Assembly (NCBI GenBank): GCA_010909165.1
Contig: MU008202.1
Span: forward strand, 372,001 to 436,000
Origin: Anthoceros angustus
Taxonomy: Eukaryota > Plantae > Anthocerotophyta
Reading direction: 5' to 3'
DNA length: 64,000 bases
Numbering within the stretch: the first letter of the stretch is position 1; each line of letters starts with the position of its first letter. Positions 48,182-61,597 of this stretch are shown in pieces. The notes beneath the pieces are model-generated. The model was given only the letters and a program-made list of their open reading frames with translations. It ran no database searches and was not told the origin of the DNA. The position numbers and the translations under genes are program-made.

Positions 48182-48867
48182 TATATAGACTTTCTATTAG
48201 ATATTCCGAGACCAAAGGCCAAGGAGTATCGAGTTCATAGTCTAAGGACCGATTATTATTCAACCCAGGAAACAACCCATAAACTCATAGGTCAAGGACA
48301 CTTTCTAGTATAAATATCCCTTCCTACTGACAACCTAGCTCGTTTTGACACCACTCTTAAGCAAACAACAAAAAAAATCACTCAAAGACACATTTCAACA
48401 GGGAGTTTACAATACTAGATCGTTTACACCATGCTAAGTATCCTATCAATATTCATAGTCTAACCCTCAGGCACTTGATGGTCTAAATGATAAATTCTTA
48501 CTTCCGCAACAAGAAATGTTTCCATATTTTACTTATAATAATATACTAGGTATTGTTTTAGTTTTTGTTGTGTATGTACAATAAATGAATATATCAAGAA
48601 TATTGTTAAAGTGGTATACAAACAAGAATTTTTAAATAGAGGAACTCCACAATCAAGTGACTTCCCGGTAATACTCCATCCCTTGTTGTATGGCCCTTTG
48701 GGCCCTTTCGAGCCCTACGAGGTGCCTTTGGTAGGGCCCTCCGGGCCGGATGTATCACAATATAACCGTGTGCATCATAAAGAATTCTTTTGCTAGAATA
48801 TAGAAGAAGAAGAAGAATTTTATTTAAGTCGACTAAGGATGGATTTCCGTCATGGGACTTGGTACTT

Positions 48868-49083
48868 GTACCATGGTATGCCTAAGCTACTTGCACCAAG
48901 GGCATCACTCCCTTTAGGCACCCCATCTAAGTACCATCACCTAAGTACCATGGTGTGCCTAAGCTACTTCCACCAAGGGCATCTACTCCTTTTAGGCACC
49001 CCATCTAAGTACCGATCACCTAAGTACCATGTGGTGTCTAAGCTACTTGCACCAAGGGCATCCACTCCCTTTAGGCACCCCAT
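48868..49083. repeat. three tandem ~78-bp units upstream of the ARF-GEF gene
   Basis: gtaccatg...ctaagctactt.caccaagggcatc..ctcc.tttaggcaccccat three times. Confidence 0.88.
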
Positions 49084-49563
49084 TTGGACACACATAGGTA
49101 TTCTAATTATTTTCAAACCAGGTTATTAGGAGATGAGTCTGAATATATAATTTAATTTTAAAATATATTATTGTATATATCTATTCATAAAATAATACCC
49201 AGGTATTAGCCTAGTTACTTTAGTTAGCGGTTGTACTGGTTTGCTACGCTTTGCGCAACATGGACGCAAAACAGGCACTTCCTACATGCATACCCACTGG
49301 GCCACTTTCCTGGAAACAAAGCTCGAACGAATGAAAACAGGGGTGTTATGTATAGACATACGTATCAACGTATGAAGCGAGCAGTGTGGAATGTAGGGCG
49401 GGTGAGTCCAGATCGAAAGAGGATGGTCTTGTAGTTTGTGCAATTCTCCAAGGTGATGGCTGGTTGAGAGCCGGACGCCCCTGGCGGAGCTCGGCAATGC
49501 AATTGGGAGTCATGTAAATCACGTTGCTGAAGGTCAGATCTGGGAAGCAGCGGCTGATCGGAC

Positions 49564-52500
49564 ATGGCAGCAGACCAGTTCGCTGTGGTGGCCGGCAACG
49601 TGCGGCTGGGCCGCGTGCTGGCACCGGCCTTGGACAAGGTGATCAAGAACACGTCGTGGAGAAAGCATGGCAAGCTGGTGCAAGATTGTAAGCTGGTGCT
49701 TGACCGTCTGGCTGCCTCGGAGGACGCAGCGGCTCCTGCTACGCCTCCGGCTACTCCTGCCACTGAAAAGTCAGTGCAGCAAAACGGGGACTCTGGCATC
49801 CACACCCCTGCTGCCACTGTTGACAGTCCGCTCTTCGATGGCAACCTCCCTTTCAGTCCAGCCGACGCGGAGATGATTTTGCAGCCCTTGTTTTCGGCCT
49901 GCGACACCTTGTCCATCAAGGTGGCAGAGCCGGCTTTGGATTGTTTTCAGAAGCTGATAGCTCATGGTCATTTGCGGGGGGAAATGGATGCTGGAGAGGG
50001 CGTGGAAAGCAAGCTCCTTTTGCAGGTGATGGATTCTGTCTGCAGATGCTATGATCTGGGGGATGAGAACATCGAGCTCCTCGTTCTCAAGACTTTGCTC
50101 TCAGCAGTGACATCCACGTCGTTGCGGGTGCACGGGGACTCCCTCCTCAAGGCTGTGAGGACTTGTTACAACATATATCTGGGCAGCAAAGTGCCGGTCA
50201 ATCAAACAACTGCCAAGGCCTCCCTGACGCAGATGCTCGTGATTGTCTTCAGGAGGATGGAAGCCGACTCCTCGACCATACCCGTCCATCCAATTGTAGT
50301 GGCTGATCTGATGGAACCTGCAGAGAGGTCGAATTCCGACACCAATGTTGTGCAGTTTGTCCAAGGTTTCATCACGAAAGTGGTGCAGGACATTGAAGTG
50401 GTTCTCAGCCCTTCCCCGTCACTTAGATCTCAGAGGCATGATGGAGCCTTTGATGTAAAAGCAAGCGATGGCAGCAATCCCACTGACATATTGGAGTCCA
50501 CCGACAGAGATATGTTGGATGCAAAGTATTGGGAAATCAATATGTTCAAGAAGGCCGTGGAGGAAAGGAAAGGCGAGCTTGTGGATGGCGATGGAGATAA
50601 GGATGGGGATCTGGAAGTTTTGATCACTAACAAACTTCGGAGAGATGCTTTTCTTGTCTTTCGGGCTCTCTGCAAGTTGTCGATGAAGAATCCTCCTCAG
50701 GAAGGCGCCGCTGACCAATTTTCCATGCGTGGAAAAATCATAGCTTTGGAGTTGCTGAAAATATTGCTGGAGAATGCTGGAGCTGTGTTCCGTACGAGTG
50801 AGAGGTGAGGGAGGAGTCCTGTATTCGTGCATGTAAATGGAAACTGACAACAGGTCATGCTCTCGTGCATTTGCCTTTGTGCCTGATGGCCCGTGGGTCT
50901 TGCAGATTCTTGGGAGCTATCAAGCAGTACCTGTGCCTGTCGCTTCTAAAGAATAGTGCATCATCGCTGATGAACATCTATCAGCTCTCTTGTTCAATCT
51001 TCATGAGTCTGGTATCCAGATTCAGGGCGGGTCTCAAAGCTGAAATAGGAGTTTTTTTCCCCATGATAGTTTTGCGAGTGTTGGAGAATGTGGGGCATCC
51101 AAACTATCACCAGAAAATGATTGTCCTCCGCTTCTTGGAGAAGCTTTCGGTGGATCCACAGATTTTGGTAGATATATTTGTCAACTATGACTGCGATGTT
51201 GACTCGTCCAACGTCTTTGAAAGGTAAATCTAGGAGTTTCACTGCCTTTCACTTCAGATCCAGAGGATGTTTGAACTTTTTTATGAATTGGTCCATGTTC
51301 TGTGCAGGTTGGTCAATGGGCTTCTGAAAACTGCCCAAGGGGTTCCTCCAGGTGCAGAGACAACTTTGTCACCACTCCAAGATTCGTTTTTGAAGCTTTC
51401 TGCCATGAAATGTTTGGTAGGGGTTCTGCGATCAATGGGGGATTGGATGAACCGCCAGTTACGACTGTCAGATTCTCCATACCTAAAGGCCCCAGATTCT
51501 GAGGACACCACTGCAGTGGAATCTTCGCTGTCTGTTTTGGTGACTGTGCAGGAAAATGGGGATGAAAGCAGTGAGGTTACTGAGAATGGGAGTGAAACAT
51601 CGGAGGCTGCGACTTTTGAACAAAGGCGTGCCTACAAGTTGGAGTTTCAGGCAAGCATAAATTGTGGTTAGATAATGTGACTTTGCATCATCTTAGATCA
51701 TTGTGGAACACTAAATCGAGTCTGCATCTCTACAGGAAGGCATCTCACTCTTCAACCGCAAGCCTCGAAAGGGGATTGAATTTCTTGTGAAGGCTAATAA
51801 GCTAGGTGGAACTCCCGAGGAGATTGCTAACTTCCTGAAAACTGCCTCTGGCCTGGACAAGAATATGATTGGCGATTATCTGGGGGAAAAGGAGGATTTG
51901 TCTCTTAAGGTGATGCATGCTTATGTTGACTCGTTTGAGTTCCAAAGTATGGAGTTCGATGAGGCAATACGAGCATTCCTACTTGGATTTCGGCTTCCGG
52001 GTGAGGCACAGAAAATTGATCGTATAATGGAGAAATTCGCAGAGCGCTTTTGCAAGTGCAACCCTAAATTCTTCACAAGCGCTGACACGGCTTATGTCCT
52101 TGCTTACTCCGTTATAATGCTTAACACGGATGCCCATAATCACATGGTGAAAAATAAGGTGAGTTTCTTGTTCTTTACTTTGGTGTTTCATAGCTAGTGA
52201 AGCTTGAATCACTGTCTGATTCCCATCCTGCACAGATGTCCAAAGCAGAGTTCATAAGAAATAATCGAGGGATTGACGATGGGAATGACTTACCAGAAGA
52301 GTTTATGGACGCCCTGTATGATCGTATTGTCTCAAATGAGATAAAAATGAAGTCAGACACTCCGTTTGTTCCAGAAAAGCAGCCTACCAATTTGAACAGG
52401 ATATTAGGTCTTGACAGCATACTAGGTCTTGTCATGCGGAAGCCAAGGGAGGAAAGGGTTCTTGAGACCAGTGATGATGTGATAAAACACATGCAAGAAC

Positions 52501-55500
52501 AATTCAAAGCAAAGGCTGGTCGATCAGAGTAAGTGCATCATGTTCGGGTGGAGATTGCTGCTTAGTACTGACATAAATGTTTCAGTAACACTGGTTCTTT
52601 GATGACAACATGCAGGTCGGTCTACTATGCTGCCTCAGATGTTGATATCTTAAGGCCGATGGTGGAGGTGTCTTGGGCTCCCATGCTCGCTGCTTTTAGT
52701 GTTCCCCTGGATCAAAGTGATGATGAGGTGGTAACCTATCAATGTCTTGAAGGTTTCCGGCATGCAGTTCACATCACCGCAGTTATGTGCATGAAGACTC
52801 AGCGTGATGCATTTCTCACTTCGCTGGCAAAGTTTACATCTCTCCACTCAGCAGCTGATATCAAGCAAAAGAACATTGATGCCATAAAGGCAAGTAGCTA
52901 CCTGATGGTTCTAAGAAGTCGTTGTTTCGCACCTGGACTATCGTCATCCGGCTTGCCAGAGATGCTGTCAGTTTGCGTCTGGTGAGCAGGCTACCTGGTG
53001 CAGAAGCTGACATATTACTCTGGTGATGGCTTGCAGGCCATCATTGCGATCGCAGACGAAGATGGGAACTATTTGCAGGATGCTTGGGAGCATATCTTGA
53101 CTTGTGTGTCTCGTTTTGAACATCTTCACCTCATCGGTGAGGGGGCCCCACCTGATGCAACCTTTTTTGCAGCACCTCAGAGCGAGGCAGAGAAGCGGCA
53201 GATGCTGAAAACTCCTGTACTTCCGGTCTTGAGGCGGAAGAATCCTGGCAAACTTCAGTATGCTGCTGCTGCAGCCCGGCGAGGATCGTATGACAGTGCT
53301 GGAGTTGGCGGGCATGCTGCAGGGGTGGTCACAACAGAGCAGATGAACAATCTAGTATCCAACTTGAATATGCTGGAGCAGATTGACAGCTTTGAGATGA
53401 ATCGCATTTTCACCCGCAGTCAAAAGCTGAAGGGTGATGCCATTGTTGACTTTGTAAAAGCTCTTTGCAAGGTCTCCATGGAAGAACTAAGATCGCCAAG
53501 TGACCCACGTGTCTTCAGTCTGACAAAAATTGTTGAGATATCGTAAGGAATGCAACTTGGTTTGATTTAATCTTTTTCCTGCCACTTTTGTGGTCTAGTG
53601 ACGAACTGGTCCTTTGCCCCTGACTGCTGGAATGTTTTTGTAGGCACTTCAACATGACCAGAATAAGGCTTGTGTGGTCGCGAATTTGGAGCGTGTTGTC
53701 AGATTACTTTGTTGTCCAAGGCTGTTCCGAAAATCTCTCTGTTGCTATGTATGCAATGGATTCTCTAAGACAGTTGGCTATGAAATTCTTGGAGCGTGAG
53801 GAGCTCTCAAATTACAATTTTCAGAATGAGTTCATGAAGCCTTTCGTCGTTGTCATGCGAAAGAGCAGTTCTGTGGAGATTCGGGAGCTCATAATACGCT
53901 GTGTTTCCCAAATGGTTTTTGCGCGGGTTGGCAGTGTGAAGTCAGGGTGGAAGATCATGTTCATGGTATAGTGTTTCCTAGTGAATGTACAACTGTGGTT
54001 GGTTTTCAAGGGTGGTCTGGAGGCTGATGTTGAGTCCTTATGTTACTTTGGCTTTGCAGGTGTTTACAACTGCGGCAACAGATGACCATAAGACAATTGT
54101 GCTACTGGCCTTTGAAACCATTGAGAAGATTGTCCGGGAATATTTCCCATATATAACTGAAACCGAGACAACAACATTTACGGATTGTGTGAATTGCCTC
54201 ATTGCATTCACGAATAGCCGGTTCAACAAGGATGTAAGCCTGAACGCCATTGCCTTTCTCCGATTCTGCGCCTTGAAGTTGGCTGAGGGAGAACTCGGCT
54301 CTTCTGCTCAATATAAAGAGAGTAAACTGACCAAGTCTTCAAGTATCTCCCCAAGACCGTCAACAGAGTCCCTTACATTTACAGACAAGGATGATCATCT
54401 TTACTTCTGGTTCCCCTTGCTGGCAGGTATAGTTTGGGTAGTGAATGATGTTCAACGGGGTTGATGCAGGCTGGTTGTAGGAAGATTCAACCCTAGTTGT
54501 GAAGATCTTGCATGACCTGAACAATCTGCTGTGTGCAGGTCTGTCTGAACTGACATTTGACCCCCGACCCGACATTCGCAAAAGTGCGTTGGAGGTGCTT
54601 TTCGACACCCTTCGTTATCACGGGCATATGTTTTCCTCTGGACTATGGGAGCGGGTCTTTGATTCGGTTCTATTTCCTATTTTTGATCACGTACGCCGAG
54701 CAACTGAGCCTGCAGCCTTGAGGCAACAGCTGGAGGGTACCTTAGAAAAGGAAGCTGATGAAGTGGAAATGGATGCGTGGCTTTATGAAACTTGCACCTT
54801 GGCACTACAGCTTGTGGTTGATCTATTTGTGAAGTTTTACCCTGTAGTATGTACATTGCTGGGGAAAATCTTATCATTGTTGACTGGATTCGTCAAACGG
54901 CCACATCAGAATCTAGCAGGAATTGGGGTGGCTGCCTTTGTGAGGTTGATGAACAATGCGGGAAGTCTGTATACGGATGAGAACTGGGAGGAGTCCTTGA
55001 CAGCTTTGAAAGAAGCCGCTGTAGACACGCTACCTGATTTGTGGAAGATTGTTGGAGTTTCGGTGTCTGCCATCTCTGCAGAGAAGGCAGTGGGAAGCAA
55101 TGGAACCAGTATTGGTGAACCACTTGTCTCAGAAGGTCACCCGGCAAATTTACAACTGGTTATCGCAGATGCAAGGTCTCGTGTTGCCGTCCAGACTCTC
55201 ATTGTACAGGTAGCTGATTGTGCGAGCTGTCCATTTCAGTTGTATGATTGTCCTGGTGCTCTCTTTTTATTTATTTGACAAGAGCTCTGAGTTGGTGGGT
55301 TGTGATGAGTGGTGCGTTTTATCAATAATTCATTGTCTCTGCAGGCTGCCAATGAAATCTATGCCAAGCATGTAGTTCAACTACAGCCAGCTCACACGAT
55401 GCTGCTGTTAGATACACTTCAAATTGTGGCAAGGCATGCCCACAAACTGAATGGTGACCGAGAGCTTCGAACAAGACTGCATCCTCTGCGACAAAAGACA

Positions 55501-55962
55501 CAGTTGCCCGATCCACCACTACTTCGCCTGGAAAATGAGGTTTATCAGGACTATTTGACCATGTTGCAGAACCTCCGGGTGGATAAGCCTGACCTTGCAA
55601 AGGCAGTGGAAGTAGAGGTTCGCCTTGTGGAGATATGCGATGAGGTACTGAGGTTGTATATTGATACTTCTGCAATTCGCACTCCTGACGATACAGGTGA
55701 AAATGGAAAGATAACGCAGCCATGTTGGCCTGTCCCTCTTGGGTCTGCCAGACGCCGAGAGCTGTTGGCAAGAGCTCCCTTAGTGGTAGCAACCCTTCAC
55801 GCTGTTAGTAACCTTAGGGACTCGTCTTTGGAGAGGTACCTTGTCCGCTTTTTCCCTCTTCTAGCTAAGCTGGTAGGCTGTGAACATGGATCCCCTGATG
55901 TGCAGTTAGCGCTGAGTGACATGTTTACGTCCTGGATAGGACCCATATTGTTACAGGCTTGA
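49564..55962 (+). CDS. BIG-subfamily large ARF guanine-nucleotide exchange factor (BIG2/BIG3-like), about 11 exons
   Basis: N-terminal domains ([26 protein letters not shown]), Sec7 core [20 protein letters not shown] and [18 protein letters not shown] regions ([32 protein letters not shown]). Stop at 55960-55962. GT-AG introns plus two GC-AG introns. Confidence 0.96.
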
Positions 55963-57497
55963 CCTCCAGTAAAATCTCTTATTCTGACATTGGTCAGTGG
56001 TCCTTGAGCTTGGCAATTTTGCATTCGGATCAGGGAAGAAGCCTGTAGGCCTAATTACTGTCACATCCTACGTTCAAGATGTGGAGACAGCATTTGCAAG
56101 GGGGGGATCCTTTTTGCTGGCCATTGGGACAATGTTTGAGGATTGTACGCATGGTGGAGAGCATCATGTTTGCATTTTGGAGGCCTTTTATGGCAGAGTA
56201 CAGAGGGGGTGCGGCCTTTTCACAGCTGCACAAGTGCAGAACTGTAAAGCTACTGGGTCAGATGTCGGTACAGAAACTTGGGAGGTACATGCTACGAGCA
56301 GCTCGGCTGTGCGTAGCAATGTTTGTATTCTGTAGCTTGTTTGCACAGGGGAAGAAACCTAAGCTTTTGCTCCACTCGCAGTATGAGGCAGCCATCTCTG
56401 GTAGTACTGAGGCTATTTTTCAGTTTGCATCCGATTGATTAACCCTGTTCATAATTGCAGGAAGGAGGCGTACATACCTTCTTCATGGTTGGTACTTAGA
56501 GATAATACTGTAGGTCCATTTCCTTGGTCTGGTGCCCTTGTGTACTGGTGTAATGCTCCGGCTCAATTGTTGGGTTGTTAACAGCCTTGCTCATGGAGTG
56601 GTAGGAAATTTTTGTGGGCACCTTCATCATTGTGGAGTCCTGTAGAGGAGGCACCCATGACCTCCCCCTCACTGTTGATCACTGAAGGAGCTTTGCTGGA
56701 CAGATGCGCGCAACGCAGGGACCGGGTGGTGGCAATCACGCGTGTGTTGGAGACTCATTGCCCGCACTCTAGGGGAGTGCACGAGATTCTTTTTCCACAC
56801 TATTTTGCCTCGCGGAAGGGTTGAGAAGGTTGACGCGCACGCCCGGACATCGCTGCCATGTATTCATGCCGATACAAATGAATAGGTACGTATATACATA
56901 TATGTATACATATAGATACCTTGTGGACTACATATGTATGTGGGCAGTATCCAAGAATGCGGCGATATTGAAACTCGGGATGCGTGAATTTTTGTAACAT
57001 ATGGAATTGATGGGCGGGTGGGTGAACCGAGGGGAGAAAATCCGATTCTACTTGCGCCGATCTGTGTTTGACGTTCATAGCAGAGACGCGACATGAAAGG
57101 ACGTGGTCATGATGCTGTTTGTACTTGGGTGTCACAGGCTCATAGCATGTATGTACATACATACATAATGAAGAGGCAGGCTGATTTGTGTAGATGATCC
57201 GGGTGCTAAGCTCTATCACGCACGTGCATTTGTACTTTGCCTTCAACTTGGGACGCAGGCGTGGTGTAATAACCCTAGGCCCTATGCCCTAGGCGTGGAT
57301 GGGGGGCGATGGAAACGAGATGAAGATGAAGGGAACGTCCGGAGGCGAAGGGGCACGCAGTCAAAGGTTACGTACATGGCCTACTGGGGGAATTGGGGTG
57401 AGGCAAGTACATACCGCGGGCGCGAGCTGCCTTTCTCCATCAATGCGCTTATCTGGTGCGCATGAAGGCCGAAGGTGGCAGGCCGCATGCCAATAGC

Positions 57498-57630
57498 GCA
57501 AGGCAAAGGCAAAGCAAAGGCAAAGGCAAAGGCAAAGGCAAAGGCCAAGCCAAAGCCAAAGCCAAAGCCAAAGCCAAAGCCAAAAGCCAAAGCAGGGCAG
57601 CGCAGGGCAGGACAGGGCAGGGCAAGGCAG
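57498..57630. repeat. compound hexamer/pentamer microsatellite (GCAAAG)n-(GCCAAA)n-(GGGCA)n
   Basis: Visible directly in the sequence. Confidence 0.9.
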
Positions 57631-59590
57631 GTACATATGTAGTGGAGCGGCATGGCGGGAATGGCAGCCTGCAGGGCCAGGGGAGCCAGGAGGCAGGGCA
57701 GAGGCAGAGCAGAGTCCAGTGTCCAGTCCAGTCTAGCCTCCGGCCAGCGTCAATGTTGAGGCACGATTCCGCAGGCCACACATGGCTATCCATGTGTTGC
57801 CTATGCGACGGTGGGGCAGGCCCGCCAGCCTGGCCTCCTGCTTTTCTATTCTAGGGTTATAGGGCAGGGAGCCCAATCCCCAAACCCTGGCGATCAGGGT
57901 TTCACGCATTGCAATTTGCTCAGGCGACAGCCAGCAGCAGCTATCGTCTCCACTCCACTTTTGATGAAAAAGCAACGAGAGCACAGGCAGGCAGAGGCAT
58001 GAGAGCAGTCCATGTTCTGCGGCCAGCTCGGGCAACGCCCCCGGGGGAGTGGCGTCAGGGCGTCGGCAACAGGCTACGTACATAAAGAGCACAGCGCGGA
58101 GGGGGAGCAGGTAACAAAAGAATTGCAGAGCGCCACTGCCAGGTGCCCTTGCTGCTCGCCTTTGAATCTGGGATCCGGCCGGTGTCGGGAGCGGGGCACC
58201 TCGGTACACTAGGTAGACTAGCAGAAAATTAACCGGCTGAGATACGATGAAAACCGGATGACAAAGTCGGGATTGAAGACACAATTCACCTGGCAAGCGT
58301 CACGTTTGAGGCAAATCTCGTTAGCCAAAAACCCAGCTGGACCTATTCCACCTTGTCCTTTGCTACTCATACAAACTACCGGTAGTGTGATCCCAAGAAT
58401 ATGTACATATAAGTTGTATCATAAGTTGTGAAGATAAAGCTGCTATCGTCTTCAACTTCAAACAAAGGAGACAACAAGAGAGCGGCTGTGCCTGTATCTA
58501 GCAAATTTTGAGTAGGTAATATATGAAGTATTGGAAAGATAAGAAATATAAACATTTGCTCGGTTCCTCTCCCAGTACCTACCAGCTCATCACGACCCAC
58601 GACAGCATGTACTATATGCGCCTGAAAAGGCCAAAGCTGGTTACAGAGGCAGTTTGGGGATTCCCGGAACCTTGAAGAGGTGATGAGAAGGCGACCGGCA
58701 GGTGGCGTTGGTCCTGTGGTGGGGGTGTCGAGCCGAGCCCCAAAAATGGGAGATTCATTTCCGGGCCAGCGGGAGAGAGCCTGTCAAGAGGTTAGGGCAG
58801 GGCCGGCGGACCGGGCCTGGCCTGGCCTGGCCTGGCCTGGCGCGGGCCGCGGCCCTCCGAAACGCGCGGCGGAGGCCAAGGGGCGAAGGGGCGAAGGCGA
58901 AGGCGGAGGGAAGCCAAGGGAGAAGAGAGAGAGAGAGAGAGAGAGAGAAACCTGCAAATCCCCAAGTGGATAAGGAAGGATCCTGGATAGCGGATACCGG
59001 ATATCGCCTGGCGTACCGAACCCAACCGAGTCCTGACCTGAACCGAGTTTCGCCCCTGACCCCAGACAAGGGGTCCAGGGACCAGGCACCAGGCACCAGG
59101 CACCAGGCACAAGGCACAGACTAGCCGCTGTGGCGGCTACACTGTACCTGCTGTCGCAGTCGGGGGTGGGAGCCGGTGCCGGTCCTGGTGCCGGTCCCGG
59201 TCCTGGGTTCCACTTGCCTCCTCCCGTTCCCCCGCCATCTGTCCTTTGCACAACCCTTCCCACTTTTATTTCGTGCACCGGTCGTGCCACGCCCGGTTAT
59301 TAACCCAGGTCAACCAGGCCTCCGCAGGCTCGGAGGCGAGGTGGAGTCCGGAAGTGCTCTCCTCCCCTCCTGCGGGCAGCGGGCAGCGGGCAGGGGGCAG
59401 CGGGCAGCGCGCCAGGCCACCAGCCCCAGCCCCAGCCAGCGCAAACAAGGAATGAAGGAATGAAGGAATGAAGGAATCAAGGCGCAGTTCGGCCACAAAA
59501 ATCCCCCACTCTCATCACCCGCGCCGCTACAACCGCATTTACAGCCTGGTCCTGGTATGCACCGTTAAATACTACAACACCAGCATAAAG

Positions 59591-59653
59591 CAGTGCAGTG
59601 CAGTGCAGTGCAGTGCAGTGCAGTGCAGTGCAGTCCAGTGCAGTGCAGTGCAG
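59591..59653. repeat. (CAGTG)n microsatellite, about 12 units
   Basis: Visible directly; one CAGTC variant. Confidence 0.95.
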
Positions 59654-59917
59654 CGCGTCGCATCGCATTCCAAGTTTTCCAACCCCTTCCCTGGTCCATT
59701 TGCCTGCCTCCCTCATGTGCGCGTGGGGCCAACCGCGCTAAAGCTAAGGCCAAAGCTAAACCACAATTCCCCTCCGCCGCACGGACCATAGACGGGGTCA
59801 AACACTCCACCTCGGGCCCCACCGTTTCTATTCAAGGAAATCGCTCAAGCGGAAGCAGACTTCGAATTTGGTATTCGGTTCTACTCCCTCCACCCTGAGA
59901 ATCTTTCCCACTCCCAC

Positions 59918-59965
59918 CCCCGTCCCCGTCCCCGTCCCCGTCCCCGTCCCCGTCCCCGTCCCCGT
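59918..59965. repeat. (CCCCGT)8 microsatellite
   Basis: Eight perfect units. Confidence 0.95.
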
Positions 59966-60214
59966 CCCACTTTCCATTCCATTTGCTTCACGCTCCGGCC
60001 TACTGCCCACTCTCTACAACCTACGTACATACATACTTCGTATTTTTATTAAATATATACTCTTAAAGCTACTAAGACTTAACAGGATTATCATTTGGTT
60101 ACACACTCAAGTACATACCTGGTTAGTCTCTGTCTTGAGACATACCTACTCGACACACATGTTATGCTCAAATCTAGTAAACAGTCTCTAACGAATGCGT
60201 CTCATGTGTACTTG

Positions 60215-60310
60215 ATGTATGTGTTGACAGTGACTCTCAGTACTAGACATGTCCCTCCTACACATGATGTATGTGTTGACAGTGACTCTCGGTACTAGAC
60301 ATGTCCCTCC
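60215..60310. repeat. ~52-bp-period tandem duplication
   Basis: atgtatgtgttgacagtgactctc[a/g]gtactagacatgtccctcc twice. Confidence 0.85.
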
Positions 60311-61497
60311 GTACAAATGGCTGCTCTACGGTCAATCCTGCAAACGCATGGTACAGTCCCGCCCAGCAATATGGGCTATGTTGCACATGCATACATAAAG
60401 AGACCAAGGCGACGTCACTATCCTTCACATCAGCCCTCACATTGTTATGTGCTATGCTGCATATGCACACAGAAAGGAGACCAAGATGACATCAGTATCC
60501 TTCACATCCGTGGATTCATAACACATGGTCGGGCATTCATGGCTATTTCAACTTCGTAAGAAACGTTTTGGAATCCTGACCCTAACAATACTTACTTGTA
60601 TAATAGCGAAATTAAATTATATATATAAGTTATATATATATATAATATATATATATGTAAGTAGAAGATTTGATTTGTCATCCAGGGGTCTCACACAAGG
60701 GAAAGCGGATTCCCTCGTCATACGATCCATGAATCGTACAAACTACAAAGGAAAAGGGCAGTGGCCGGTTTGGGACAGGTCAGAGACTAAGCTACGCCAT
60801 GTAGATCTTGTTGTATGTATGTACAGTAATTGCGAAATGAGAAAGGTGGCGCCTTGGTCCTTGGTGGGCATTAAATGACGGTGCTGCGCGCGCGAGCTGA
60901 CTGCTGACTAGGCGGGGGAGCGGCAAATGTGGCGGGTCCACGTGGGCGGGCGCCGTACGGCGCGCTGTGACGCTGGCGCAGTTAATCTGTACCCGGTCCG
61001 GTCCATACAGCCTACGAGGGCCTGCCCTAAGCGGAGGGGTGTTAATCGGGTGATGGGATAGGCCGCGTGCCTATCCGGTCTGGCAGTCTGGCACGCTGCG
61101 CCTATCCCCTCCGATTACGATTACCCATTACCCTGCGCCCCAAGGGCCTCCGAGTCCCCCGACTCCCCGACCCCCCGGATAGAAACACCCGCGTTTAACG
61201 TAACCGGATGCGGTGCGCCTCCGTTATCCGTTTTCTCTCCCCTCTCTCTACGTTCTCTCTCTTATGCCCCCACCCTCTCTCTTCCAGGCCCCGGGCCCGG
61301 GTCCGGCTGGACCGGGGACCGCCAGGCCTGCTGGCAGCGGGTGCGGGTGCGGGTGCGGGTGCGGCTGTAGGGGCAGAGGCAGGAGCTCGGGCGGAGAGGG
61401 AGGCGGAGCAGGAAAAGGAGGCAGGAGGCAGGAGCAGCAGCAGCAGCAGGTTCCGCCCTGCTGCAACTGCAAGCAACCCAACAAGCCCAGCCCCGGG

Positions 61498-61597
61498 AGA
61501 GGGCGAGGGCGAGGGGGAGGGCGAGGGGGAGGACGAGGGCGAGGGGGAGGGGGAGGACGAGGGCGAGGGCGAGGGCGAGGACGAGGGCGAGGGCGAG
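61498..61597. repeat. (GAGGGC/GAGGGG/GAGGAC)n purine-rich hexamer tract
   Basis: Visible directly in the sequence. Confidence 0.9.

Noticed and set aside
48868-49083. Regular repeats as a possible CRISPR array (also 39316-42125, 46588-46668, 8248-8373)
   Set aside because: No unique spacers, no cas genes, eukaryotic context; these are plain tandem repeats.
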